61,235 bases of DNA from an uncultured Flavobacteriaceae bacterium (GCA_963974735.1 CAXBEL010000001.1:1-61235), one strand, 5' to 3'; numbered from the stretch's first letter, positions 50,588 to 61,181 are shown. The notes: generated by a model not told the origin, from the sequence alone. Translations and numbers: made by a program.

Positions 50588-50695
50588 AACGTTGAATTAC
50601 TGAACAAATTTAGGCATCTTTGCAGAAAATTTGATTCGTCTATCCAAGTTATTTAAAATGGGTTGAGACGGGTCTACTAATAATTAAAGTTATAC

Positions 50696-52612
50696 ATGCT
50701 TAATATTCATAACCTATCAGTTTCCTTTCAGGGAGAATACCTTTTTGACGAAGTTACTTTTCGTTTAGGTGATGGTGATCGAGTAGGACTCGTAGGTAAA
50801 AACGGTGCTGGAAAATCAACGATGCTACGTATCATTTCTGGAGAACAGGAATATGATACCGGGCAGATTGCTACAGATAAGGACATGAGAATGGGCTTTC
50901 TGAAGCAGGATATTGATTTTGTAGAAGGACGTACTGTGCTTGAAGAATCTTATCAGGCATTTGAAACCATAAAGAAACTTGAAGCCCAACTCGATGAAAT
51001 AAATAAACAGCTGGCAGAGCGCACAGATTATGAAAGTGAAAGCTTTCATGATCTTATGGTAAGCCTTAATGATGTACAACATCAATACGAGATTCATGGC
51101 GGTTACAACTACAAAGGAGAAACCGAAAGGATCTTAATGGGACTAGGTTTTCAAAGGGAAGATTTTAACCGTCTTACAGATACTTTTTCTGGTGGATGGC
51201 GCATGCGTATAGAATTGGCAAAGTTGCTTTTACAGAATAATGATGTGCTGCTTCTCGATGAACCCACTAACCACTTGGACATTGAATCTATAATATGGTT
51301 AGAAGGATTTCTTACAAATTATACAGGTGCGGTGGTTATTGTTTCTCACGATAGAATGTTCTTGGATAATGTGACTAACAGAACAATTGAGATTTCTTTA
51401 GGCCGTATCTATGATTTTGCTAAACCTTATTCTAAATATTTAATACTGCGTGAAGAACTCCGCGAGCAGCAATTGGCAACTCAAAAAAATCAGCAAAAGG
51501 AAATCGAGCATACAGAAAAGCTTATAGAAAAGTTTAGGGCCAAAGCATCCAAGGCTTCTATGGCTCAATCTCTTATTAAGAAGCTTGACAGGATGGATGT
51601 CATCGAGGTTGATGAGGACGATAACAGCGTGATGACTCTTAATTTTCCGGTTTCTGTAGTGCCAGGTAAGGTGGTTGTTGAGGCAGAACATGTCTCTAAA
51701 AGTTATGGAGATAAAGAAGTTTTAAAGGATATAAGCCTATTAGTAGAAAGAGATAGTAAAACCGCTTTTGTAGGTCAGAACGGTCAGGGTAAAAGTACTT
51801 TGGCTAAAATAATTGTAGATGAAATTAAGTATTCTGGAAAGCTCAAATTGGGCCATAATGTTCAGATAGGTTATTTTGCTCAGAATCAAGCAGATCATTT
51901 AGATGGCAGTAAGACTGTTCTTGACACTATGATTGATGCAGCAAATGAAAAGAATAGAAGTAAAGTTCGTGATATTCTAGGTGCTTTCCTTTTTAGAGGA
52001 GAAGAGGCAGATAAGTATGTGCGGGTACTCTCTGGGGGTGAACGTAACCGTCTTGCACTGGCAAAATTAATGCTTCAGCCATTCAATGTTCTTGTAATGG
52101 ATGAGCCCACAAACCATTTAGATATAAAATCAAAGAATGTTCTAAAAGACGCTTTAAAACGTTTTGAGGGCACCTTGATTCTTGTTTCTCACGATAGGGA
52201 TTTTCTTCAAGGGCTTACTAATAAAGTTTATGAGTTTAAAGATCATAAAATCAAAGAGTATTTAGGAGATATCGACTTCTATCTTGAGCAACGTGAAATC
52301 TCAAATTTGCGCGAAGTTGAAAAAAGGGATATAAAAAAGGCCAAAACAGTTGAAAAGCCTGTAGTTAATAAAAATACTTATCAGGATCAAAAGAAATACA
52401 AGTCCCTCACGAACAGATTGAGCAAGGTAGAATCTCAGATTAGTAAATTGGAAAAAGAAATTAAGGCAATTGATGTAGAGCTGGGTATAGACTACGATAA
52501 GACCATTTCTCAACCAGATTTCTTTGACAAGTACCATGCTAAGAAAAAGAAGCTTGAGAATCTTATGGAAAATTGGGGTGAAATTTCTGAAGAATTGGAT
52601 CAGTACGCTTAA
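50696..52612 (+). CDS. ABC-F family ribosome-associated ATPase
   Basis: Two ABC cassettes (GKNGAGKS/FSGGW/LLLDEPTNHLD and GQNGQGKS/LSGGE/MDEPTNHLD), no TM, C-terminal coiled coil. Confidence 0.93.
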   Translation: MLNIHNLSVSFQGEYLFDEVTFRLGDGDRVGLVGKNGAGKSTMLRIISGEQEYDTGQIATDKDMRMGFLKQDIDFVEGRTVLEESYQAFETIKKLEAQLDEINKQLAERTDYESESFHDLMVSLNDVQHQYEIHGGYNYKGETERILMGLGFQREDFNRLTDTFSGGWRMRIELAKLLLQNNDVLLLDEPTNHLDIESIIWLEGFLTNYTGAVVIVSHDRMFLDNVTNRTIEISLGRIYDFAKPYSKYLILREELREQQLATQKNQQKEIEHTEKLIEKFRAKASKASMAQSLIKKLDRMDVIEVDEDDNSVMTLNFPVSVVPGKVVVEAEHVSKSYGDKEVLKDISLLVERDSKTAFVGQNGQGKSTLAKIIVDEIKYSGKLKLGHNVQIGYFAQNQADHLDGSKTVLDTMIDAANEKNRSKVRDILGAFLFRGEEADKYVRVLSGGERNRLALAKLMLQPFNVLVMDEPTNHLDIKSKNVLKDALKRFEGTLILVSHDRDFLQGLTNKVYEFKDHKIKEYLGDIDFYLEQREISNLREVEKRDIKKAKTVEKPVVNKNTYQDQKKYKSLTNRLSKVESQISKLEKEIKAIDVELGIDYDKTISQPDFFDKYHAKKKKLENLMENWGEISEELDQYA

Positions 52613-52710
52613 ATTTTCAGAAGAATCTTTTATGACTTCTTTAACGGGCGGGAGCGTACTGCGTTAATATTTTTGTGATTTGTCATTCTGGCCAGATCTA
52701 ATTAATTAAC

Positions 52711-53865
52711 ATGCGGAAAATTATTCTTTCAATTCTTGCATTTGCTATTCTGGCGGGTGCGGTAATTCTAGCTATTTATCTTTTTAATAGTAAGACAGCA
52801 CAACAACCACAAGTTGAAAAAGTAGTCAAGACCGTTTTTGTAGAAACAGTTAAAAATGGTGCTGTTCCCATAATTATTCCAGCTAACGGTAATCTTGTTG
52901 CAAAGAACAAGCTGGAGCTTTATGCAGAGGTTCAGGGTATCTTTAGAAACAGTGCTCATGACTTTAAGGCAGGGCAACAATATAACAGAGGTCAAACATT
53001 ATTAAGTCTTGATTCTTCAGAGTATTATGCAGCGGTACAGGCTTCAAAAAGCGAGCTGTATAATTTAATTACTTCTATTATGCCAGATTTAAGGCTGGAT
53101 TATCCTAAGGTATTTCCTAAATGGCAAGAGTATCTTTCAGGCTTTGATATAAATAAGAGCACTCCAGAACTTCCTGAAATTACTGCAGAAAATGAGCGTT
53201 ATTTTATAACTGGTCGTGGTATTTATTCAGCTTTTTACAATGTGAAAAACTTAGAACAACGCTTAGGTAAATATCGCATCACCGCACCATTTACAGGAAT
53301 ACTCACCGAAGCTTTAGTAACTCGTGGTACATTAGTAAGATCTGGCCAAAAATTAGGAGAGTTTATAGATCCATCAGTTTTTGAGCTTGAAGTTGCGATT
53401 AGTAAGACTTACAGTGATCTGGTAGAGGTGGGCGAGAAGGTAGAGTTGAATGATCTTAATAATACTGACACTTATACAGGCGAAGTAGCAAGGATCAATG
53501 GACGGGTTGATCAAGGTACACAAACAATAAAAGTGTTTATTGAGGTCAAGGGAGAGAATCTTAAGGAGGGAATGTATCTGGAAGCGCAGTTAGAAGCTAA
53601 AGAAGAGACAGATGCCATTAAAATACCGCGTCGTTTGCTGGTAGATAATTCTCAAATCTATATTGTGCGCGATAGCATATTAGATTTAGTTGATGTTAAT
53701 CCTATTTATTTTTCAGATAAGGATGTTGTCTTAAAAGGAATTCCTGATGGTACACAAATGCTTTCGAGAAGTGTTCCTGGTTCATATGCTGGAATGTTAG
53801 TAAAGGTTTATGAAGATGAAAATTCTTCAGGTGCTTCAACTTCATCAACCCAATCAGTAGATTAA
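52711..53865 (+). CDS. RND efflux periplasmic adaptor (MFP)
   Basis: N-terminal anchor, ITAPFTG, LKEGMY; precedes the RND permease. Confidence 0.85.
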   Translation: MRKIILSILAFAILAGAVILAIYLFNSKTAQQPQVEKVVKTVFVETVKNGAVPIIIPANGNLVAKNKLELYAEVQGIFRNSAHDFKAGQQYNRGQTLLSLDSSEYYAAVQASKSELYNLITSIMPDLRLDYPKVFPKWQEYLSGFDINKSTPELPEITAENERYFITGRGIYSAFYNVKNLEQRLGKYRITAPFTGILTEALVTRGTLVRSGQKLGEFIDPSVFELEVAISKTYSDLVEVGEKVELNDLNNTDTYTGEVARINGRVDQGTQTIKVFIEVKGENLKEGMYLEAQLEAKEETDAIKIPRRLLVDNSQIYIVRDSILDLVDVNPIYFSDKDVVLKGIPDGTQMLSRSVPGSYAGMLVKVYEDENSSGASTSSTQSVD

Positions 53866-53868
53866 GGT

Positions 53869-56800
53869 ATGCGAAAGATTATAAGTTACTTTATCAAATA
53901 TGAAGTTGCCGTAAATGTGGTGATTTTGGCTTTTGTAATATTTGGTATTGTGGGGATTTTTGGGATGCGTTCTTCATTTTTTCCATTAATTGAATCACAG
54001 ATAATTAATATCAATGTTACTTATCCGGGGGCTGCTCCTCAAGAAATTGAGGAAGGAATAATATTAAAGATTGAGGACAATCTAAAGGGTTTAGTGGGGA
54101 TAGACCGTGTAACATCTACTTCCCGAGAAAATGGCGGGAGTGTTACCGTGGAGATAGATCAGGATGAGGATATAGATGTAATGCTCAGTGAAGTTAAGAA
54201 CGCTGTAGATAGAGTGCCCAGTTTTCCCTCTGGAATGGAACCTCTTGTGGTTGCCAAACAAGAAGCGATAAGGCAGACTATTAGTTTTGCCGTGAGTGGC
54301 GAGAACATCGACTTAGCGACCTTAAAGCAGATTGCCAGAGATATTGAATATGATCTTAGAGCAATGGAGGGAATTTCTCAAATTGAAATAACCGGTTATC
54401 CAGAAGAGGAAATTGAAATAGCGGTGCGGGAAAATGATCTTCTTGCTTATGGACTCACGTTTACAGAAGTGGCACAATCTGTATCTCAGGCAAATATTTT
54501 AACAACTGGTGGAAATATCAAAACGGAGGCCGAAGATTATTTAATACGCGCCAATAACAGATCTTATTATGGAAACGAACTTAATAATCTGGTGGTACGT
54601 GCTAATCCAGACGGTTCTATTGTACGATTAAGTGATGTGGCGGTTATTAGAGACCGATTTTCAGAAACCCCTAATGCATCTTATTTTAATGGTAATCTGG
54701 CCGTAAATGTTGAAATAAGTAATACCAATAATGAAGATTTATTGCCCACAGCAGAAAAAGTAAATGAGTATATAGATGAATTTAATCAGAAATATACAGC
54801 AGTACATATTGATGTGGTTTCAGATTCTTCTATTCGGCTTGACCAGCGCACACAGCTTCTAGTAGAAAATGGTGCAATGGGTATTTTATTGGTACTTCTT
54901 TTTCTGTCTTTTTTCTTAAATACCAGATTGGCATTTTGGGTAGCGGTGGGTATTCCTGTTGCATTTTTAGGGATGTTTATTTTTGCTGGAAGTCTGGGAG
55001 TAACAATAAATGTACTTTCTCTTTTTGGAATGATTATCGTCATCGGTATTCTTGTTGATGATGGTATTGTTATTTCAGAAAATATTTATCAGCATTATGA
55101 GCAGGGTAAAACACCCATTCGTGCAGCAATAGATGGCACAATGGAGGTTATTCCTCCTATTGTTTCGGCAATCATTACAACGGTATTGGCATTTTCTACA
55201 TTCTTGTTTCTAGACAGTAGAATAGGGGAGTTTTTTGGAGAGGTTTCTACAGTGGTAATATTGACCCTTGCAGTTTCATTAATTGAGGCTCTTGTTATTT
55301 TGCCTGCTCACATTGCGCATTCAAAGGCTCTTGTAAAGGAAACTGAAGAAGAAAAAGCAAATAAAAAGGGTATAGATAAATTCTTCTACAAACTTCGCTA
55401 TTTTAATGAGAAGGGGGATCAACTTATGCGTTATCTGCGCGATAACATTTATAGCCCAGGATTGCGATTCACATTAAAAAATAGATTTCTTGCGTTTGCT
55501 ATTATAACAGCATTATTAATTATCACAATTGGCTCCATAGGAGGCGGGATTGTGCGTGTGACACTTTTTCCCAGTATTGCAAGTGATGAGGTATCAATAG
55601 ATTTATTAATGCCAGAAGGAACTAACCCAAAAATAACAGATAGTATAATTACTATGGTTGAGGAAGCGGCTTGGCGGGTAAATGAGGATTATACTGCACA
55701 TCAAACCGGAAATCAACAAGTGGTTGAAAATATAATAAAAAGGGTAGGCCCCGGAAATAATAAAGCATCATTGCGTGTAAATCTTTTACCTGGAGAATCA
55801 CGGGATTTTGCTTCGCCAGATATTACCAACTCTATACGTGATGAGGTGGGAGAAGTGTTTGGAGTAGAAAGGTTAACATTTGGTTCTGGAGGAAATTTTG
55901 GTGGTAGTCCTGTTTCGGTATCACTTTTAGGAAATAACACAGAAGAATTAGAAGCAGCAAAAGAAGAATTAAAGGCTATACTTCAGGAAAACCCATTGTT
56001 GCGCGATGTGACGGATACCGATCCCGAAGGAATAAAAGAAATAAGAATAGAATTAAAAGAAAGTGCCTATGCGCTGGGGCTTAATTTAAGCAGTGTTATG
56101 AGTCAGGTGCGTGCAGGTTTCTTTGGGGCACAGGCTCAACGTTTTCAGCGGGGACAGGATGAGATACGCGTATGGGTACGCTATGATCGCGAAAACCGTA
56201 GCTCTTTAAATGATCTTGACGAAATGCGAATTATTGCCTCAAACGGTGAACGTGTTCCTTTTGGAGAGATAGCAAATTATGTGATCGAAAGAGGGGATGA
56301 GTCTATTAGCCATTTAGATGGACAACGGGAAATCCAGGTAAATGCAGATATGGAAGATCCTAACGGAAGCGCCACTGATATTTTACAAGATATTAAGACG
56401 AATGTAATGCCAGAAATTCTTTCAAAGTACCCTACGCTAGGCGTTTCTTATGAGGGGCAAAATAGGGAAGCTGAAAAACTTTCCCGTTCAGCAAACAAAG
56501 TAATCTGGGTTATTTTATTTCTTATTTATGCCACAATCGCCTTTACATTTAGAAGTTACAGTCAGCCATTAATGTTGCTTTTAATGATCCCATTTAGCAT
56601 TATTGGGGTTGCCTGGGGCCATTTTATACATGGTTTCCCTATAAATGTACTTTCAGCACTCGGTATAATTGCTTTGATTGGAATTATGGTAAATGACGGC
56701 TTAGTGCTCATTGGGAAATTTAATGGATTTTTAAAAGAGGGGATGAAGTTTGAAGAAGCTTTATATGAAGCTGGCCGATCCAGATTTAGAGCGATTTTTC

Positions 56801-57072
56801 TAACATCAATTACAACTATAGCTGGACTTGCACCTTTACTTTTAGAAAAAAGTAGACAGGCTCAATTTTTAAAACCAATGGCAATCTCTATTTCTTATGG
56901 TATTGCCATTGCAACAGTACTAACCTTATTAATGTTACCCTTATTATTGTCTGCAACCAATTCGTTTAAGAAGCATTCAAAATGGTTGAGGACCGGTAAT
57001 GAAGTTTCAAGAGAAGAAGTAGAACGTGCTATTAAAGAGAAAAAAGAAGACGACAAGGATGAGGCAGCATAA
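53869..57072 (+). CDS. RND efflux permease (AcrB/AcrD/AcrF family)
   Basis: TYPGAAPQEIE, GILVDDGIVISENI, SRFRAIFLTSITT; 1067 aa. Confidence 0.92.
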   Translation: MRKIISYFIKYEVAVNVVILAFVIFGIVGIFGMRSSFFPLIESQIININVTYPGAAPQEIEEGIILKIEDNLKGLVGIDRVTSTSRENGGSVTVEIDQDEDIDVMLSEVKNAVDRVPSFPSGMEPLVVAKQEAIRQTISFAVSGENIDLATLKQIARDIEYDLRAMEGISQIEITGYPEEEIEIAVRENDLLAYGLTFTEVAQSVSQANILTTGGNIKTEAEDYLIRANNRSYYGNELNNLVVRANPDGSIVRLSDVAVIRDRFSETPNASYFNGNLAVNVEISNTNNEDLLPTAEKVNEYIDEFNQKYTAVHIDVVSDSSIRLDQRTQLLVENGAMGILLVLLFLSFFLNTRLAFWVAVGIPVAFLGMFIFAGSLGVTINVLSLFGMIIVIGILVDDGIVISENIYQHYEQGKTPIRAAIDGTMEVIPPIVSAIITTVLAFSTFLFLDSRIGEFFGEVSTVVILTLAVSLIEALVILPAHIAHSKALVKETEEEKANKKGIDKFFYKLRYFNEKGDQLMRYLRDNIYSPGLRFTLKNRFLAFAIITALLIITIGSIGGGIVRVTLFPSIASDEVSIDLLMPEGTNPKITDSIITMVEEAAWRVNEDYTAHQTGNQQVVENIIKRVGPGNNKASLRVNLLPGESRDFASPDITNSIRDEVGEVFGVERLTFGSGGNFGGSPVSVSLLGNNTEELEAAKEELKAILQENPLLRDVTDTDPEGIKEIRIELKESAYALGLNLSSVMSQVRAGFFGAQAQRFQRGQDEIRVWVRYDRENRSSLNDLDEMRIIASNGERVPFGEIANYVIERGDESISHLDGQREIQVNADMEDPNGSATDILQDIKTNVMPEILSKYPTLGVSYEGQNREAEKLSRSANKVIWVILFLIYATIAFTFRSYSQPLMLLLMIPFSIIGVAWGHFIHGFPINVLSALGIIALIGIMVNDGLVLIGKFNGFLKEGMKFEEALYEAGRSRFRAIFLTSITTIAGLAPLLLEKSRQAQFLKPMAISISYGIAIATVLTLLMLPLLLSATNSFKKHSKWLRTGNEVSREEVERAIKEKKEDDKDEAA

Positions 57073-58396
57073 TTCAATTAAATTTTCTTTATTAATAGCT
57101 TTAATAATTTGTGTGCAACCTGTTTTAAGTCAGCAGAAACAGCTTTCAAAGGGTGAAGCGATACAAATTACTTTAGAGAATAATTATGGTATTGAAGTAG
57201 CGGACAATAATCTGGAGATTGCAGGTAATAATGCAGATCTTCTCAATTCTGGATATTTACCATCTTTATTTGCACTCGCTGGAGCAGATTATCAACTTGA
57301 GGATACCCAGACAGAGCGTGATGATGGAAATTCTTTTGAAATTAATGGAGCAGATTCTGAAGCTTATAGGGCCTCATTAAATTTAGAATATACCCTTTTT
57401 GATGGCTTAGGGCGATATTATAATTTTAAGCGTTTAAAAGAGAGCTATAATCTTTCTCGCCTTGATGCGCGTGAGACTATTGAGAATACGATTATTCAAC
57501 TGTTTTCTGTTTATTATGAGGTCGCACGTCTTACAGAAAATGTTGAAATTTTAGAAGAGACATTAGAGATATCTAAGGATAGGGTCACACGAGCGGGATA
57601 TCAATTTGAATATGGTCAAAACACAAAGCTAGAGGTGCTAAATGCCGAGGTAGATGTGACCAATGATAGTATTAATCTGATGAATGCCCGTCAACAACTG
57701 CGTAATACTAAACGGGATTTAAATGTTGTTATGTCTCGTGAGCTGGATAATAATTTTGTCGTGGACACTTTAGTTGCTTTTATCCCAAAGCTAAAATTGC
57801 AGACGTATAGAGAAGAAGCAATGGCTAATAATGTAAGAATTCTTCAAAGTGAGTCCAATATTCTACTCAGTGAGTATGATATTAGAACAACAAAAGCAGA
57901 TTTTTTACCCACTGTGGGTCTTACAGGCTCCTATGGGTGGAATAAAAGTGTAAGTCCTGCATCGGCATTTTTTACAGGAAGTACACAAGAAGTAAAAGGA
58001 CTGTCTGCAGGTCTGAATTTAAGATGGAATCTTTTTGATGGAGGAGGAACGATTACAAGATATAAAAACGCCAAAGTTGTAAAAGAGAATCAACAATTGT
58101 TTAAGCAACAAATTGAACTGCAGGTAAAGCGGGATATTGCAAATGCATTAGGGGATTATGAAAATTTGCTGGAGGTTTATCAAATACAGGAGCAAAATGT
58201 AATTACCAATCAAAATAATTTTGACCGTTCTCGCGAACGGTTAAATTTAGGGCAAATTACGTCTATAGAATTTCGGCAGGCACAGATAAACCTTATTAAT
58301 GCGCAAACAAATAAAAACCTGGCAAAATATGACGCAAAACTTGCAGAACTTCAGTTATTGCAATTAATAGGTCAACTACTTAATGTTGATTTCTAA
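57059..58396 (+). CDS. TolC-family outer membrane channel
   Basis: Signal peptide from ATG 57059; YLPSL, YTLFDG, FLPTV, WNLFDGG repeats. Confidence 0.9.
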   Translation: MRQHNSIKFSLLIALIICVQPVLSQQKQLSKGEAIQITLENNYGIEVADNNLEIAGNNADLLNSGYLPSLFALAGADYQLEDTQTERDDGNSFEINGADSEAYRASLNLEYTLFDGLGRYYNFKRLKESYNLSRLDARETIENTIIQLFSVYYEVARLTENVEILEETLEISKDRVTRAGYQFEYGQNTKLEVLNAEVDVTNDSINLMNARQQLRNTKRDLNVVMSRELDNNFVVDTLVAFIPKLKLQTYREEAMANNVRILQSESNILLSEYDIRTTKADFLPTVGLTGSYGWNKSVSPASAFFTGSTQEVKGLSAGLNLRWNLFDGGGTITRYKNAKVVKENQQLFKQQIELQVKRDIANALGDYENLLEVYQIQEQNVITNQNNFDRSRERLNLGQITSIEFRQAQINLINAQTNKNLAKYDAKLAELQLLQLIGQLLNVDF

Positions 58397-58575
58397 TGTT
58401 CGAACATTTTTTTCAATGTCCATACTGTTGGGAGGAAATTTCTATGCTCTTAGACCCTTCCGTTGCCACAACTTATATAGAAGACTGTGAGGTTTGCTGC
58501 AATCCTATTCAGATTACAGCTGCTTTTGATGGTGGCGAATTGTCTGCGTTTGAAGCGGTTAGTATTGATCAGTGA
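58396..58575 (+). CDS. CPXCG-motif cysteine-rich small protein (59 aa), absent from the ORF track
   Basis: Hand translation MFEHFFQCPYCWEEISMLLDPSVATTYIEDCEVCCNPIQITAAFDGGELSAFEAVSIDQ; TAATG stop/start overlap with tolC. Confidence 0.88.
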   Translation: MFEHFFQCPYCWEEISMLLDPSVATTYIEDCEVCCNPIQITAAFDGGELSAFEAVSIDQ

Positions 58576-58632
58576 TTAAAATAATACACATATTTTAGAA
58601 AGTTCATGTATATTGCACCCTCTTAAAGTAAG

Positions 58633-58992
58633 ATGGCGCTTAAAAAATTTGAATTTGCAGACAAGGTTTTTGGATTTATCGCTTCAGAAAAAGTGGATAA
58701 AGAAATTGTTGCAAGCATACATAAAACCATTGATGAAGCTTTAACAAAACACGATCATATAAGTCTCTATTTTGAAGATACGACTGAAGCTTACATTACT
58801 CCCAGAGCTTTATTTAATGATTTTTTGTACCGTATAAATAGTGCAAATAGCTACACGCGTATTGCAATGGTTTCTGATAAAAAATCTGTTGAGCTATACA
58901 CAAAATTTAAAGCATTATTTATTAAATCTGAAATGAAACATTTTCCCCTTAAAGCACGTATGGAAGCACTCAACTGGGTCTCTGCTATTTAG
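58633..58992 (+). CDS. STAS/SEC14 (SpoIIAA-like) domain protein
   Basis: ~120 aa; HDHISLYFE, RIAMVSDK, EALNWV pattern. Confidence 0.7.
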   Translation: MALKKFEFADKVFGFIASEKVDKEIVASIHKTIDEALTKHDHISLYFEDTTEAYITPRALFNDFLYRINSANSYTRIAMVSDKKSVELYTKFKALFIKSEMKHFPLKARMEALNWVSAI

Positions 58993-59132
58993 GTGCTTGG
59001 AAATGAACTAATTATTAGACTATAATTAGTTTAGTATGATTTATTCATAATAGATATTTAAAAGTTCAAAAACGCTTTCAAAGTATTATATTTAAAACGT
59101 TATTTATTAGAAATTATAAGTGTCATTTTTAA

Positions 59133-59501
59133 ATGAGAAACTCTGAAGAGAATGGTTTTAAATTAGCCGATAATGTTATAGGTTTTATTGCGACTTGTGA
59201 TGTTGATTCATCTTATATAGATAGTGTTTATGATCGAGTAAGGGAAGTGTTGGAAAAACATGAGAAAATTTCACTATATCTTGAATTTACCTCTGAAAGC
59301 AATATTAAGCCCGAAGGCATTCTTAGAGATCTCACCCATGAGATTAAACTTTTAAATCGTTTTAAAAAGGTTGCTTTGGTTTCAGACAAGCCGCTTATAA
59401 AAGCTTTGGGAAGGTTAAAGAAAAACTTTATAAATGCAGAGGTGCAGGCTTTTTCTACCTCTTGTAGAATGGATGCTTTATCTTGGGTTTCTAAATTTTA
59501 A
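59133..59501 (+). CDS. STAS/SEC14 (SpoIIAA-like) domain protein, paralog of 58633-58992
   Basis: HEKISLYLE, KVALVSDK, DALSWV. Confidence 0.7.
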   Translation: MRNSEENGFKLADNVIGFIATCDVDSSYIDSVYDRVREVLEKHEKISLYLEFTSESNIKPEGILRDLTHEIKLLNRFKKVALVSDKPLIKALGRLKKNFINAEVQAFSTSCRMDALSWVSKF

Positions 59502-61054
59502 GATTTATCTCCATCTCCCGTCATAGTTGAAATTAGACCAGATTTTACACTCAACCAAAGATAATTAAAAATAGATTTTGTTTTATCACGAGTGGCATTT
59601 CCCGAGCCTTCTCTAAATCTTTTATCCTCTTGATCATCACTGTCCTTAGAAACAAAAATGTTAGCTATGGTAGATACTAGCCAGTTTTTCTTTTTTTTCT
59701 TATTTAGAACAGCAATCTTAAATTCGTCATAATCCATTTTCATATTAATTTGGGCTGTATTGTTATTCCCCGAAATATCAAAATAAGATTTCTTCAATTC
59801 TCCCGACAGTTCTACTAACAGATTAGGTTCAGTAAAACTATTCATAGCATCAGCATTTAATTGTCCTACATCACTTTTAAAACGAAAGACATCCAATTTA
59901 TTTTGAACATCAAAATTCCAATTCACATGAATTGGGCTTTGATTCATAAAAGTTGCATCTATATCAAGGGCAGTTAATTTTTCTCCTTCATTATAGGTAT
60001 TTCCTACATTTTTTATAGAGGCGTTAAGATTATTAAATTCAATCTCGCCGGCTGGTTGATCTGATTTAACTTTTTCCGAATAATATATATTAGCATCATC
60101 TATGGTTATATTATTGATCATTAAATCAATAGGGAGTTCGCGCAACATTTTACTGTATAGCGGTTTAATCTTATGATCATCAGTAACCAGTTTGTCTCTA
60201 TATATATTAAAATTGGGTTGTGAGATAATCATTTGATCTCCTTTAGCAAAGAATCGATCTTCCTGAAAGCCCCAATCTATTTCATTTAGTGTCATCTCAG
60301 GAATAGACAGGTTCATGTGATCTCTTTCTTTAGGAATAATCTGAGAAAGTCTAGATCTGCTGTATTTGGTTTGGATACTTGCATTTTTAATCTTCAAAGA
60401 GTTGTCTTTTAAGTCTAAATTCGAAATCTTTAAATTGTCATAGGGATTAAGGCGATAAAAAATAGAATCCGCTTCAATATTTATTGAGGCGAATTCAATA
60501 GGCAATTTTTCATTTACAATATTCTCATCTGTTCTGATCTCTTTTAAATCGAAGGTTAGATGTGGAATCTTAAGTAGTAACGAATCTTTTACATTATCAA
60601 AAATGGTAATTGAAGAAGGCCCAATTTTGAATGCGTCTATTTCAATGTTTTTATTCAGTTTTATTGGTTTTTCTTGCTCCTTACTGCTAGTATCAGTCTG
60701 TTTTGTTTGATAATAGGTTAAAGAGTTGTCAGTGATCTCAATTTTGTTAATGTGGATTTTTTTGTTCACCAAATAATCCCAATAACTCAAATCTTGAATT
60801 CTTAAGTTTTCGGATGTTAAATGAGTGGAAGGTAAGCTGTCATTTGGAGATTGAAGAACTACCGAAACATTGGATAAATGTGCTGTTCCAGACCAGGAAT
60901 TAATTTCTAATGCGTCGTATTCAACTTTTACTGAACTTGGAATTTCTTCTTTTATAAAATCATTTATTTTATTTTTTAAGTAGTAATTTAAGCTAAAGAC
61001 GCCTATTATTATGCAAACAGCAAGTATGCATAGGATTATGAATAATTTTTTCAT
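59498..61054 (-). CDS. N-terminally anchored AsmA/DUF748-like protein
   Basis: Single N-terminal TM, long beta-rich body, KPLYSKMLR and RDKTKSIFNYLW motifs. Confidence 0.55.
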   Translation of the reverse strand: MKKLFIILCILAVCIIIGVFSLNYYLKNKINDFIKEEIPSSVKVEYDALEINSWSGTAHLSNVSVVLQSPNDSLPSTHLTSENLRIQDLSYWDYLVNKKIHINKIEITDNSLTYYQTKQTDTSSKEQEKPIKLNKNIEIDAFKIGPSSITIFDNVKDSLLLKIPHLTFDLKEIRTDENIVNEKLPIEFASINIEADSIFYRLNPYDNLKISNLDLKDNSLKIKNASIQTKYSRSRLSQIIPKERDHMNLSIPEMTLNEIDWGFQEDRFFAKGDQMIISQPNFNIYRDKLVTDDHKIKPLYSKMLRELPIDLMINNITIDDANIYYSEKVKSDQPAGEIEFNNLNASIKNVGNTYNEGEKLTALDIDATFMNQSPIHVNWNFDVQNKLDVFRFKSDVGQLNADAMNSFTEPNLLVELSGELKKSYFDISGNNNTAQINMKMDYDEFKIAVLNKKKKKNWLVSTIANIFVSKDSDDQEDKRFREGSGNATRDKTKSIFNYLWLSVKSGLISTMTGDGDKS

Positions 61055-61138
61055 GGAATTAAAGATACCTATAAGTCAAATGTTTAGTGTTATGGAAAAT
61101 ATAATATTTAATTAAGGGTTAAATTTTATCAAAAGAGG

Positions 61139-61170
61139 TTTGTGAGATTAAAAGAAGCGTTGTATATTTG
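61139..61170 (+). promoter_or_regulatory. Bacteroidota primary-sigma promoter of the tRNA
   Basis: TTTG at 61139-61142 and TATATTTG (TAnnTTTG) at 61163-61170. Confidence 0.7.
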
Positions 61171-61181
61171 CCGTCCAATAA

